Part shown: positions 49,441 through 59,602 of the stretch, piece by piece
Position numbering within the stretch: the first letter of the stretch is position 1
How the letters are laid out: the number at the start of each line of letters is the position of its first letter
Assembly (NCBI GenBank): GCA_964596295.1
Contig: CAZQTB010000002.1
Location: forward strand, 4,355 to 68,354
DNA: 64,000 bases
Reading direction: 5' to 3'
DNA from: an uncultured Rhodocyclaceae bacterium
GTDB lineage: Bacteria > Pseudomonadota > Gammaproteobacteria > Burkholderiales > Rhodocyclaceae
The notes under the pieces: generated by a model
The model's input: only the letters and a program-made list of their open reading frames with translations
Databases searched by the model: none
What the model was told of the DNA's origin: nothing
Made by a program: the position numbers and the translations under genes

Positions 49441-50538
49441 TCACGAAACAGCCAGCATGCGCTCCAGTGCGATCTTGGCGGGCGCCGCTTCGTGTTCCGG
49501 CACGCGGATCCGATTGACTACCTTGCCTGCAACCAGATTTTCCAGGGCCCAGGCCAGATGCTGCGGATCGATGCGCTGCATGGTGGAACACATGCATACT
49601 GTGCTGGCCATGAACTGCACGATCTTGCCTTGCGCTTTTACCTCGCGGCCCAGGCGCTCGACCAGGTTGAGTTCGGTGCCGACCAGCCAGCGCGTGTCGG
49701 GCGGCGCTTCCTTGACTGTCTTGAGGATGTATTCGGTGCTGCCAACATAGTCGGACTGTTTGCACACCTCGAAGCTGCATTCCGGGTGCGAGATGACCAT
49801 GCCGTCCGGATGCTGGTTGCGAAACCGGATGATGTCGCGCGGCTGGAACATCTGATGCACGGAACAGAAGCCGTGCCACAGGATGATCTTTGCCCTGCCG
49901 ATTTGTTCACGGGTCAGGCCGCCTTGCTCTAGGTCCGGATTCCAGATCGCCATGTCATCCAGCGGAATGCCCATCTTGTAGCCGCTCCAGCGGCCCAGGT
50001 GCTGATCGGGAAAGAACAGCACCTTTTCGCGCCGCTTGAACGACCACTCCAGAATCCTCGTTGCATTGGACGAGGTGCATACAATGCCGCCATGCATGCC
50101 GCAGAAGGCCTTGAGATCAGCGGCCGAGTTGATGTAGGTGACGGGCGTAATTTTTTCGTCGGGATCCGTCAGGGCCGATAGTTCGCGCCAGCACCGCTCA
50201 ACCTTGGCCAGATTGGCCATGTCGGCCATGGAGCAGCCTGCGGCAAGGTCGGGCAGAATCGAAATCTGTTCCGGCCGCGAGAGAATGTCGGCGACTTCGG
50301 CCATAAAATGCACGCCGCAGAAGATGATGTTTTCCGCGTCCGACTGCCCGGCGAGGCGCGAGAGCTTGAGCGAGTCGCCGGTGAGATCGGCGTGCTCATA
50401 AACATCGGCGCGCTGGTAGTGGTGGCAAAGCAGTACCGCTTTTTTGCCGAGTGCGGCCTTGGCGGCACGAATGCGTTCCCCCGCTTCTTTATCCGCCAGT
50501 GCGTTGAAATGGTCGAACTTGATGGTTGCAGTTTGCAT
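49441..50538 (-). CDS. nadA: Quinolinate synthase
   Basis: HHYQ, FCGVHFMAE, GCSMAD, TYINS, CSVH, HPEC, CMCSTM. Confidence 0.95.
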   Translation of the reverse strand: MQTATIKFDHFNALADKEAGERIRAAKAALGKKAVLLCHHYQRADVYEHADLTGDSLKLSRLAGQSDAENIIFCGVHFMAEVADILSRPEQISILPDLAAGCSMADMANLAKVERCWRELSALTDPDEKITPVTYINSAADLKAFCGMHGGIVCTSSNATRILEWSFKRREKVLFFPDQHLGRWSGYKMGIPLDDMAIWNPDLEQGGLTREQIGRAKIILWHGFCSVHQMFQPRDIIRFRNQHPDGMVISHPECSFEVCKQSDYVGSTEYILKTVKEAPPDTRWLVGTELNLVERLGREVKAQGKIVQFMASTVCMCSTMQRIDPQHLAWALENLVAGKVVNRIRVPEHEAAPAKIALERMLAVS

Positions 50539-50548
50539 GACCGGGCTT

Positions 50549-51001
50549 TCAGCCCTGATACCAGGGCAGGCCGGCATGGCGCCAGCCGCCGGTACGGTTG
50601 CGTTGCCCGCTGGCGTCCTTGTCGCCTTCAAAGCCTTCGAGAACGTTGTAGCAGGCGGGGTAGCCTGTTTCTGCCGCGGCTTTGGCGGCGGCGCCGGAGC
50701 GTACACCGGAGCGGCATATGAACAGCAGCAAGGATTCGCTGGTGACGGCGCGTTGCAGCGTCTGGATGAAATGCGCATTGGGCTGCATGTCCGGATAAGT
50801 CAGCCATTCGATTTCGACGGCATCCGGTATACGCCCCACCCAATCCCACTCGGCGCGGGTGCGCACGTCGATGATTTTGGCGTTGGGGGCGAGTTGCAGC
50901 GCTGCATGCGCCTCTTGCGGCGTGATTGCGCCCGCGTAGGGCAGATGCATGTCGCGGGCACGTGCCTGCGCCAGTGTGAGAATTTCGTTAAGACGTCCCA
51001 T
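50549..51001 (-). CDS. Rhodanese-like protein
   Basis: IDVRT.AEW, ICRSGVRS, GFEG, GW...GLPW. Confidence 0.9.
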   Translation of the reverse strand: MGRLNEILTLAQARARDMHLPYAGAITPQEAHAALQLAPNAKIIDVRTRAEWDWVGRIPDAVEIEWLTYPDMQPNAHFIQTLQRAVTSESLLLFICRSGVRSGAAAKAAAETGYPACYNVLEGFEGDKDASGQRNRTGGWRHAGLPWYQG

Positions 51002-51059
51002 GAAAAGAACCCGCCAGTTAGAATATAAACGTCAAGAGTATAGCTTTCCCCTTTCCCTT

Positions 51060-52235
51060 ATGCTACGCGGAACCCACGATCCCCTGCACAGACATGCCCC
51101 GGGCGCCACCCAGCGCTTTGCCGATGGCCAGCGCATTACCTGGGTCAGCGTCGGCGTGAATATCGTGCTGACCGCCATGCAGATGGTGGTTGGTTTTCTC
51201 GCCCATTCTCAGAGCCTGATTGCGGATGCAACGCATACGCTCTCCGACATCATTTCAGATGCGTTTGTTCTTTACGCCAACCGCAAAGGGGCGGAGGCTG
51301 CCGATGCAGACCATCCCTACGGCCATGGCCGTTACGAAACCGCCGCATCGCTGGTGCTGGGTCTGCTGCTGGCGGCTACCGGCGTTGGCATCCTGATCTC
51401 GGCGGCCGGGCGCTTGTCGAATGTGGACAGCCTGCCGCCCGTCGGCGTGGCGGCGATGTGGGCGGCGCTATTTACGTTGGCGGCCAAGGAAGGGCTCTTC
51501 CGCTACATGCTGGACACGGCGGAACGCCTGCGTTCGCCGATGCTGGTGGCCAATGCCTGGCATGCCCGCGCCGATGCCCTGTCTTCGCTGGTGGTGGCGG
51601 CGGGTGTTGGCGGCGCATTGCTGGGCCTGAATTTTGCGGATGCCGTAGCGGCCATCATCGTCGGCGCGATGATTGTGCGGGCCGGGCTGCGTTTCGCCTG
51701 GCAAGCCCTGCGCGAACTGATTGACACGGGTCTTTCGGCAGAAGAACTGGCCGCCATACGCCAGACGGTGACAGCAACTCCGGGGGTCCTCGGCTTGCAT
51801 GAGTTGCGTACCCGCCACATGGCTTATCAGGTGCTGGTTGATGCTCATGTGCAAGTTGATCCGCGCATCAGCGTTTCGGAAGGGCACTGGATTGCGGAGA
51901 CGGCCCGCAACCGTGTTCTCGATAGCCATCCTGAAGTGCTCGATGTCTTGGTTCATGTGGATGCCGAAAACGACATATCCGGCAATGCATCCTTGCAGTT
52001 GCCTGCGCGGGCGACACTGCTGGCACACCTGCGCGACATTCTGGGCTGTGAACTGCCGGAATTCAAACACACGCTGCTACACTATCTTGGCAGCCGGGTT
52101 GAGGCGGATGTATTTCTTCCCGTCAATTTTGACGACGCAACACGCCTGAAAGAAATGCAGCGTCGTGTGGCAGAGATTTTGCCTGCAGATCCATGGTTTT
52201 CTGTCGTACGCATCAACCAAAAAACCGCACCATAA
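51060..52235 (+). CDS. Cation diffusion facilitator transporter
   Basis: [26 protein letters not shown]-terminal dimerisation domain (DVLVHVD). Confidence 0.92.
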   Translation: MLRGTHDPLHRHAPGATQRFADGQRITWVSVGVNIVLTAMQMVVGFLAHSQSLIADATHTLSDIISDAFVLYANRKGAEAADADHPYGHGRYETAASLVLGLLLAATGVGILISAAGRLSNVDSLPPVGVAAMWAALFTLAAKEGLFRYMLDTAERLRSPMLVANAWHARADALSSLVVAAGVGGALLGLNFADAVAAIIVGAMIVRAGLRFAWQALRELIDTGLSAEELAAIRQTVTATPGVLGLHELRTRHMAYQVLVDAHVQVDPRISVSEGHWIAETARNRVLDSHPEVLDVLVHVDAENDISGNASLQLPARATLLAHLRDILGCELPEFKHTLLHYLGSRVEADVFLPVNFDDATRLKEMQRRVAEILPADPWFSVVRINQKTAP

Positions 52236-52274
52236 CAGTGTAAATTGCCAACATGCATGCACAACCTTTGTGCA
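52226..52274. promoter_or_regulatory. Tandem NtrC binding sites (glnA enhancer)
   Basis: CGCACCATAACAGTGTA (52226-52242) and TGCACAACCTTTGTGCA (52258-52274) resemble the 17-bp NtrC palindrome; centres 32 bp apart. Confidence 0.75.
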
Positions 52275-52346
52275 TGCATGTTGGCTTGTTGTATCGGGAG
52301 TCTGTGTCGAGACTTGTGGCACAATCCATTCTTGCATCGGTGAATG

Positions 52347-52362
52347 TGGCATGGTAACTGCT
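52347..52362 (+). promoter_or_regulatory. Sigma-54 promoter of glnA
   Basis: TGGCATGGTAACTGCT, GG-N10-GC spacing. Confidence 0.8.
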
Positions 52363-52437
52363 TTGAGAGCCTACACCGCTTTTGGTTTTGGAATAATTTC
52401 GCACCAATTTTTCGTGTCATTTTCAGGAGAGCAACTC

Positions 52438-53847
52438 ATGACCCCGCAGGACGTACTCAAACTGGTTGAAGAAAAGGAAGTTCGTTTCGTTGATTTCCGC
52501 TTCACCGATACTCGTGGCAAGGAGCAGCACGTTGGCGTGCCGGTTTCCGCTTTCGGCATGGAGAAATTTGAGGATGGCCACGCTTTTGATGGTTCCTCCA
52601 TTGCCGGCTGGAAGGGCATCCAGGCTTCCGACATGCTGCTGATGCCGGATGCGGGCAGCGCCTACATTGACCCGTTCATGGACGAGACCACGCTTATCCT
52701 GACCTGTGACGTAGTGGAACCCTCCGATGGCAAGGGTTATGACCGCGATCCGCGTTCGATTGCCAAGCGCGCCGAGGCCTATCTCAAATCCTCCGGCATC
52801 GGCGACACAGCCTATTTTGGCCCCGAGCCCGAATTTTTCATTTTCGACTCCGTCGAATGGAAGGTGGATATGTCCGGGGCCTATTGCAAGGTGTTCTCCG
52901 AAGAAGCCGCATGGGCCAGCGCCGACAAGTTCGAAGGCGGCAACACCGGCCACCGTCCCACCGTCAAGGGCGGCTACTTCCCGGTGCCGCCGGTGGATAG
53001 CCTGAACGACATCCGTGCGCAGATGTGTCTGGCGTTGGAAGCCTGCGGCGTGCCGGTCGAAGTCCATCACCACGAAGTCGCCACCGCCGGACAGTGCGAA
53101 ATTGGCACCAAGTTCAGCAGCCTGGTGCAGCGTGCCGACTGGACGCAGATCCTCAAATACATCGTGCATAACGTCGCCCACAGCTACGGCAAGACAGCGA
53201 CCTTCATGCCCAAGCCCATTGTTGGCGACAATGGTTCCGGCATGCACGTGCATCAGTCAATCTGGAAGGGCGGCAAGAATTTGTTTGCCGGTAATGGATA
53301 TGCCGGCCTGTCCGATTTTGCGCTGTAGTACCTCGGCGGCATCATCAAGCACGCCAGGGCGCTGAACGCCATCACCAACCCGCTGACCAACTCCTACAAG
53401 CGTCTGGTGCCCGGCTTCGAGGCCCCGGTGAAGCTGGCCTACTCCGCGCGCAATCGCTCTGCGTCGATCCGCATCCCCTACGTCCAGTCGGACAAGGCCC
53501 GCCGCATCGAAGTCCGCTTCCCGGATCCGGGCGCAAACCCGTACCTTGCCTTTACCGCGATGATGATGGCTGGCCTCGATGGCGTGCAGAACAAGATTCA
53601 TCCCGGTGATCCGGCCGACAAGAATCTTTACGATTTGCCGCCGGAAGAAGATGCCAAGATTCCTACTGTCTGCTCTTCGCTGGACCAGGCGCTGGAGTAC
53701 CTCGACAAGGATCGTGAATTTCTCACCCGTGGCGGCGTGTTCAGCAATGAGATGCTTGATGCCTACATCGAACTCAAGATGGAAGAAGTCACGCGGTTTC
53801 GCATGACGACGCATCCGGTTGAGTACGACATGTACTATTCGATCTGA
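52438..53847 (+). pseudogene. glnA: Glutamine synthetase type I interrupted by an in-frame TAG at 53326-53328 (nonsense mutation or sequence error)
   Basis: [34 protein letters not shown]; same frame continues after TAG with [27 protein letters not shown]; 469 codons in total. Confidence 0.9.
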
Positions 53848-53871
53848 TTCCCTGCTGTTCGGACGCATGGC

Positions 53872-53901
53872 AAAAAGGACGGGCATGCCCGTCCTTTTTT
53901 T
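53872..53901 (+). terminator. Rho-independent (likely bidirectional) terminator after glnA
   Basis: AAAAAGGACGGGC-AT-GCCCGTCCTTTTTTT. Confidence 0.85.
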
Positions 53902-53930
53902 GTCGCCGCACTTGGCATACACTCGGCAAT

Positions 53931-54455
53931 ATGAAAACGACCAATAATCAATGTCCGGATGCAATGGCGCAGAGCAAACCCTCCCCCAAACTTTTTTTTG
54001 CCGGCCGTACCCTGTGTATCTGCGCCGCATGCCTGTTCCCGCTGGCCGCCTCGGCCAGCACCTTCTACAAATGCACGGATGCGTCCGGCAAAGTACTTTT
54101 TACCAACACCAATCAACGGGGCGGCAAGACGAAGTGCACGGTGCTTTCCTACCAGCGCGTGCCGCAAGGTTCTGCTTTATCCGGCGGCACTCGCGATGCC
54201 AGACCGCGCGCTACTGCCATGCCGACTCCGGGCGACTTTCCGCGCATCTCGGGGAACGAACAAAAAAATCGCGATAACGACCGCCGTGCAATTCTCGAAA
54301 AGGAGCTGGGCGGCGAACAGGAAAACCTCGAGAAAGCCCAAAAACTGCTGAGAGAGGCTGGTCCGCCGCAAAAAACTCAGGCGCAGCGGGATACAGTGGC
54401 GCTGCATGAGCGCAATATCCGGGCGCTGCAGAAAGAACTCGGCAATCTGCGTTGA
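53931..54455 (+). CDS. DUF4124-like exported protein
   Basis: Signal-like segment, YKCTDASGKVLFTN, FPRIS..EQK.RD.DRR.IL coiled coil; start uncertain. Confidence 0.75.
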   Translation: MKTTNNQCPDAMAQSKPSPKLFFAGRTLCICAACLFPLAASASTFYKCTDASGKVLFTNTNQRGGKTKCTVLSYQRVPQGSALSGGTRDARPRATAMPTPGDFPRISGNEQKNRDNDRRAILEKELGGEQENLEKAQKLLREAGPPQKTQAQRDTVALHERNIRALQKELGNLR

Positions 54456-54470
54456 CTAAACCTGAAAACA

Positions 54471-54487
54471 CTGGTGCGTTTCTTGCT
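54471..54487 (+). promoter_or_regulatory. Possible sigma-54 promoter upstream of ntrB
   Basis: CTGGTGCGTTTCTTGCT, GG-N10-GC spacing; also contains an NtrC-like half site TGGTGCG. Confidence 0.5.
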
Positions 54488-54520
54488 TTTTATTGCGCAT
54501 AGCTCCTTGTAAACCTATCA

Positions 54521-55597
54521 GTGATGAGTGTGCCTGCTTTCCCCCCCTTTGGCGGCCTTGACCTGCTTTCTTCCGCCGTCGTGCTGGTCGATGACAAGCG
54601 TGTCGTTCGTTATGCCAACCCGGCGGCGGAAAATTTATTTGCCATAAGCTCGCGGCAACTGATCGGGCGACCCCTGAAAAAACTGCTGGGCGAACCGCCC
54701 GGACTCGCTGCCGCGCTGGATAGCGCTCTGACCAACAACTGGAGTTACACCAGCCACAATATTCCGATCAGCCTGACGCCGGACATGCTGTTGCACGTTG
54801 ATTGCACCGTGACGCCGGTCATGGCGGGCGGCGCGCAATTGCTGCTGGAAGTCCGTCCAATCGACCAGCAACTCAAAGCCGCGCGCGAGGAGCAGCTTGC
54901 CCAACAGCAACAGGCCAACCGCGAACTGGTGAGAAATCTCGCGCATGAGATCAAGAATCCGCTGGGCGGAATTCGCGGTTCGGCGCAATTGCTCGAGCGC
55001 GAACTGGCCAATGACCATCTCAAGGAATACACCCAGGTCATCATCGAAGAAGTCGATCGTCTGCAGGACCTGATGCAGCGCCTGCTTTCCTCGCATCGCG
55101 TGATGCAGCCGACGCTGGTGAATATTCACGAGATTCTCGAACGCGTGCGCCGCCTGATCCATGCCGAGTATCCCGACGTCAGCGTGCAGCGTGATTACGA
55201 TACCTCGCTGCCGGACCTTACCGGCGACCGCGAACAGTTGATTCAGGCCGTGCTCAATATTGCCATGAATGCCGCTCAGGCCATGCATGGCAAGGGCAAG
55301 ATTACTTTCTGCACGCGCGCCGCGCGCCGGGTCATACTGGCGAAGAAGCATTACCGGCTGGCACTCGAATTGCAGATCATTGACGATGGACCGGGCATCC
55401 CTGACAACTTGCAGGACAGGATATTTTATCCACTGGTCTCCGGCCGCGAAAACGGCAGCGGCCTCGGCCTCACCATCGCCCAGAGTTTTATCCAGCAGCA
55501 CGGCGGTACCATTGAGGTGAAATCCCGGCCGGGACATACCTGTTTTTCGCTCATGCTGCCGTTGACTTCGCGGCCAAAATCAAAGGACAGCCAATGA
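54521..55597 (+). CDS. glnL: Nitrogen regulation sensor kinase NtrB
   Basis: PAS domain, LAHEIKNPLGGIRG, DYDTSLP, DDGPG, IFYPLVSGR, GLGL. Confidence 0.95.
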   Translation: MMSVPAFPPFGGLDLLSSAVVLVDDKRVVRYANPAAENLFAISSRQLIGRPLKKLLGEPPGLAAALDSALTNNWSYTSHNIPISLTPDMLLHVDCTVTPVMAGGAQLLLEVRPIDQQLKAAREEQLAQQQQANRELVRNLAHEIKNPLGGIRGSAQLLERELANDHLKEYTQVIIEEVDRLQDLMQRLLSSHRVMQPTLVNIHEILERVRRLIHAEYPDVSVQRDYDTSLPDLTGDREQLIQAVLNIAMNAAQAMHGKGKITFCTRAARRVILAKKHYRLALELQIIDDGPGIPDNLQDRIFYPLVSGRENGSGLGLTIAQSFIQQHGGTIEVKSRPGHTCFSLMLPLTSRPKSKDSQ

Positions 55598-57012
55598 TAA
55601 TGAACCCCGTCTGGATCATCGACGACGACCGCTCCATCCGCTGGGTGCTGGAAAAGGCGCTTGGCCGTGAGAACATCCCGGTCAAAAGCTTTGCTTCGGC
55701 CGATGAAGCGCTTGCCGCCCTGGGGAGCGCCCCTGCGCCGGCGGTGCTGATTTCCGACATTCGCATGCCGGGCACTGGCGGGCTTGAGCTGTTGCGCCAG
55801 GTCAAGGCGCACTATCCCGATCTGCCGGTCATCATCATGACGGCCTATTCCGATCTCGATTCGGCGGTCGCCGCATTTCAGGGCGGGGCGTTCGAGTATT
55901 TGCCCAAACCTTTCGATGTCGATCAGGCCGTCGCCCTGGTAAGACGCGCCCTGGCCCAGTCGGTGCACCAGAGCGGGGTAACAGAAGCAGCGGGTGCCGT
56001 GCCCGAGATTCTGGGACAGGGTGCCGCCATGCAGGAGGTTTTTCGCGCCATTGGCCGGCTTTCCCAGTCGCTTGCCACGGTCCTCATCAATGGCGAGTCG
56101 GGCACCGGCAAAGAGCTGGTGGCGCAAGCCCTCCACCGCCATAGCCCGCGCAAGAATGCGCCTTTCATCGCCATCAACACGGCGGCGATTCCGAAGGACC
56201 TGCTTGAATCTGAACTTTTCGGCCACGAAAAAGGCGCTTTCACGGGGGCCACGGCGCAGCGTCGCGGCCGTTTCGAGCAAGCCGAGAACGGCACCCTGTT
56301 TCTCGACGAAATTGGCGATATGCCAGCCGAGTTGCAAACGCGGCTGCTGCGCGTACTCTCGGATGGCAACTTTTATCGTGTCGGCGGCCATCAGCCGGTG
56401 AAGGCCAATGTGCGCGTTATCGCCGCTACCCACCAGGATCTGGAAGAGCGCGTCAGGGAAGGGTTGTTTCGTGAGGACCTGTTCCACCGTCTGAACGTCA
56501 TCCGCTTGCGCCTGCCCCCTTTGCGCGAGCGCAGCGACGATATTCCGCTTCTGGCGCGCCACTTTCTGCAAAAAAGTGCGCAGGAACTCGGCGGCGAACC
56601 GAAGCGGCTTTCCGACGCCGCGCAGAAATACCTGCAAGGACTGGATTTCCCCGGCAATGTGCGGCAACTGGAAAACCTGTGTCACTGGCTGACGGTCATG
56701 GCGCCGGGGCAGAGCATTGATGTGGCCGACTTGCCAGCGGAATTGCGCGACCAGCCGCCCCGTGTCACCGGCGCCGACTGGCTGTCCGCCCTGGCGCACG
56801 AGGCCGATCACCTGCTGGCCAGCGCCCCCGGGCAGGTGGCCGAACGGCTGACGCGCCAGTTTGAAGCGACGCTGATCCGGCGTGCGCTGAGTGCGACGGG
56901 AGGCCGCCGGATCGAAGCCGCGCAGTTGCTGGGCCTTGGCCGCAATACCATCACGCGCAAGATCCAGGAACTGGGTCTGGAAGACGATAAAGGCAAGGTG
57001 CAGGCGAGTTGA
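55594..57012 (+). CDS. glnG: Nitrogen regulation response regulator NtrC
   Basis: Receiver DDDRSIRWVL..DIRMP, GESGTGKE, GAFTGA, HTH GRNTITRK; alternative start 55600. Confidence 0.96.
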   Translation: MIMNPVWIIDDDRSIRWVLEKALGRENIPVKSFASADEALAALGSAPAPAVLISDIRMPGTGGLELLRQVKAHYPDLPVIIMTAYSDLDSAVAAFQGGAFEYLPKPFDVDQAVALVRRALAQSVHQSGVTEAAGAVPEILGQGAAMQEVFRAIGRLSQSLATVLINGESGTGKELVAQALHRHSPRKNAPFIAINTAAIPKDLLESELFGHEKGAFTGATAQRRGRFEQAENGTLFLDEIGDMPAELQTRLLRVLSDGNFYRVGGHQPVKANVRVIAATHQDLEERVREGLFREDLFHRLNVIRLRLPPLRERSDDIPLLARHFLQKSAQELGGEPKRLSDAAQKYLQGLDFPGNVRQLENLCHWLTVMAPGQSIDVADLPAELRDQPPRVTGADWLSALAHEADHLLASAPGQVAERLTRQFEATLIRRALSATGGRRIEAAQLLGLGRNTITRKIQELGLEDDKGKVQAS

Positions 57013-57031
57013 GCATGCTCCGGGTTTTGCC

Positions 57032-57856
57032 ATGACACGAGGCATCTCGGTTGACACTGCTGCCCTCGTTGCGGCCTTGGGCATGGCATCGCGTCGCTTC
57101 GACATCGATATGCTGCCTCGTTGCGCTTCGACCAACGCGGTGATGCTGGCGCGTGCCGAGGCTGGCGCTCCTTCGGGCACGGTCGTCGTGGCCGAGGAAC
57201 AAACTGCCGGACGCGGGCGGCGCGGGCGAAGCTGGATTGCGGCGCCTGGCGACAGCCTCACGTTTTCCCTGCTCTGGCGATTTGCTCCAGCCACTGTGCC
57301 GGCCGGCCTTTCGCTGGCGACGGGCGTGGCGGTGGCCCGTGCGCTGGAAAAAATTATGCGCAGCGGTATCCAGCAGGATGGCACTGGCAGTACGGCGCTC
57401 AAGTGGCCGAACGATATCCTGCTCCAGGGCAAAAAGCTGGGTGGCATCCTGATCGAACTCGTACCCGGCGCACCCCATGCGGCAGTCATTGGCATCGGCA
57501 TCAACCGGCGCTTGCCCGCGGCACTGCCGCCCGATGTGCGTGCGGCATCCGCCGCTCTGGAGGACGTGATTGACAATACCGTTGACAACAGCGCGCTGCT
57601 CGCGGCGCTGCTGACCGAACTGCTGGCGGTGCTGGAGAGTTTTGCCGTTGCCGGCTTCGGCGCGCTGCGTCCGGACTGGCTGGCGCGCCATGCATTCCAG
57701 GATGCGCCTGTCGTGCTGTTGTCCGATTTTGCGCCGCCGCAACATGGAATCTGCCGCGGTGTCGATAACGACGGCGCACTGCTGCTGGAGGTCGCCGGCC
57801 GCATCGAACGCGTCCTCTCCGGCGAAATTTCCCTGCGGGCGGCTGACACCGGATAG
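57032..57856 (+). CDS. birA: Biotin--[acetyl-CoA-carboxylase] ligase without DNA-binding domain
   Basis: STN, AEEQTAGRGRRGR.W, KWPND, KLGGILIE, GIGIN. Confidence 0.93.
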   Translation: MTRGISVDTAALVAALGMASRRFDIDMLPRCASTNAVMLARAEAGAPSGTVVVAEEQTAGRGRRGRSWIAAPGDSLTFSLLWRFAPATVPAGLSLATGVAVARALEKIMRSGIQQDGTGSTALKWPNDILLQGKKLGGILIELVPGAPHAAVIGIGINRRLPAALPPDVRAASAALEDVIDNTVDNSALLAALLTELLAVLESFAVAGFGALRPDWLARHAFQDAPVVLLSDFAPPQHGICRGVDNDGALLLEVAGRIERVLSGEISLRAADTG

Positions 57857-57915
57857 TACGGGTTTAAGATAGCGTCCGATCCCACGTTACGTACCATTAC
57901 GCGGCAAACCGATAC

Positions 57916-58752
57916 ATGGCAACTTACGCAATCGGCGATGTGCAGGGCTGTTTTGATCCCCTGCGCCAGCTTCTTGACTCCCTCCATTTCGACCCGGCCA
58001 GCGACCGCCTCTGGTTCGTCGGCGATCTCGTCAATCGCGGGCCGCAGTCGCTTGACGTGCTGCGCTACGTCAAGTCGCTGGACACGGCTGCGGTGGTCGT
58101 GCTCGGCAATCACGACCTGCACCTGGTGATGCAGGCCGAAGGCTATGGGCGTGCCGCCAAGGAAGACACCCTGGACGCCGTGCTCGCTGCGCCCGATCGC
58201 GATGAACTGCTGGCGTGGCTGCGCGCACAACCGCTGTTCCATATGGTCGGCCCATGGGCGATGGTGCACGCAGGGCTCTTGCCGGAGTGGACGGCGGCGC
58301 AGGCAAACGCCTTGTCGGATGAAGTTTCTGCTGCGCTGACGGCGAGCAACTATCGCGAGTTTCTGGCGCACATGTGGGGTTCGGAGCCCGCCGCCTGGCG
58401 CGATGATCTTACAGGTTGGGACAGGCTACGCGTAGTGGTGAATGCCATGACGCGCATGCGTTACGTGACGGCTGCCGGTGCGATGGAGTTGCGCGCGCCC
58501 GGAGCCAAAGCCCCGCCTGAGCAAGGGCCGGCGGGATGTGTGCCATGGTTCGCTGCGCCCGCGCGGGCGAGCGCCGGCCATCTTGTCATCTGCGGGCACT
58601 GGTCGGCGCTGGGCTACCGCGAGCAGCCGAATTTGCTGGCGATCGACACCGGTTGCCTGTGGGGCGGCGCGCTTACGGCAGTGCGGCTGGAAGACCGGCG
58701 GGTGTTTCGCCAGCCGTGTCCGCAACAGGCAAAGCCTGCAGGCTGGGATTGA
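57916..58752 (+). CDS. apaH: Symmetrical bis(5'-nucleosyl)-tetraphosphatase
   Basis: [37 protein letters not shown]. Confidence 0.95.
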   Translation: MATYAIGDVQGCFDPLRQLLDSLHFDPASDRLWFVGDLVNRGPQSLDVLRYVKSLDTAAVVVLGNHDLHLVMQAEGYGRAAKEDTLDAVLAAPDRDELLAWLRAQPLFHMVGPWAMVHAGLLPEWTAAQANALSDEVSAALTASNYREFLAHMWGSEPAAWRDDLTGWDRLRVVVNAMTRMRYVTAAGAMELRAPGAKAPPEQGPAGCVPWFAAPARASAGHLVICGHWSALGYREQPNLLAIDTGCLWGGALTAVRLEDRRVFRQPCPQQAKPAGWD

Positions 58753-59593
58753 CAGTCTTCTGCATCAGCCGGTGCGCGACGGCGTGGTGTGCATGCGCTG
58801 CGAGGTGGCGGCGATCAACGCCGGCGGATGCAAGCGCGGGCAAGGGCTCAAGCTGCGCGATGAGCCCTCCGCTGGCGGCAATCGACCACAGGCATGCGAT
58901 GAGCGTCATTTCGCCCACGTAGTCGGCGGCATGGCTGGGCTGATGGCTGTGCGCATCGACATAGCGCAAAACCAGGGGTATCACGGGCGCCGCCGCATCG
59001 ACCGCGCTTTGCAACAAGGCGCTGTGAAAAGGCTGCACTCCGTGGCCATCGCTGGTGGTACCTTCGGGAAATATCGCGACCAGCCGCCCCGCGCGCAACT
59101 GGCCGACCAGGTGATCGCGCGCGGCATGCGCCGCACGGCGCGAGCCGCGCTCCAGAAAAATCGTTTCGGTACGCTGGCTCAGCCAGCCGATCAAAGGCCA
59201 GTTGCGCACGTCGTCCTTGGCCACAAAAGCCGCAGGCGTCCAGGCGTTGATGACAAAAATGTCGAGGAACGAGATGTGGTTGGCAACCAGCATGCCCGCG
59301 GGCGGAGCTGCCATTGCCTCGCTCGCCGTCCCGCTGGAGGACTTTCCAGAAACGGATTCAAAACTTCGCGGCGTCTCGCCAGCGCCGACTTTTAGTGCCA
59401 CACACAATATGTTGAGGAGCTGCCGCGACCAGCGCTGTTTGAGCGCCAGGCGTTTGTTTTGCGGGACGCAGGGATAGATCAGCGCAACGGTCAGCATGCC
59501 GCCTGCCAGATGCAGGGCAGTGCGGCTTAAGCGGAATGTTGCGCGTAACCCGCAGCGTAAATTGCCGGCAAGTTGTGCCAACGGCGTTGCCAT
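58673..59593 (-). CDS. Lysophospholipid acyltransferase (PlsC family)
   Basis: NHISFLD, FVAK, FLER, FPEGT. Confidence 0.9.
   Translation of the reverse strand: MATPLAQLAGNLRCGLRATFRLSRTALHLAGGMLTVALIYPCVPQNKRLALKQRWSRQLLNILCVALKVGAGETPRSFESVSGKSSSGTASEAMAAPPAGMLVANHISFLDIFVINAWTPAAFVAKDDVRNWPLIGWLSQRTETIFLERGSRRAAHAARDHLVGQLRAGRLVAIFPEGTTSDGHGVQPFHSALLQSAVDAAAPVIPLVLRYVDAHSHQPSHAADYVGEMTLIACLWSIAASGGLIAQLEPLPALASAGVDRRHLAAHAHHAVAHRLMQKTVNPSLQALPVADTAGETPAGLPAALP
59344..59362 (-). repeat. Dispersed 19-bp repeat inside PlsC-family gene
   Basis: Reverse complement TTTGAATCCGTTTCTGGAA; encodes FESVSG in a low-complexity loop. Confidence 0.85.
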
Positions 59594-59602
59594 CCGTCAA
59601 TG

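Noticed and set aside
53326..53328. Pyrrolysine, selenocysteine or alternative genetic code at the glnA stop
   Set aside because: The site is a conserved Tyr one base from TAG, TAG ends other genes in the window, Sec uses TGA, and no pyl genes are seen.
55426..58371. 981-aa minus-strand ORF
   Set aside because: Antisense shadow of ntrB-ntrC-birA-apaH with no recognisable motifs; long shadow ORFs are expected at high GC.
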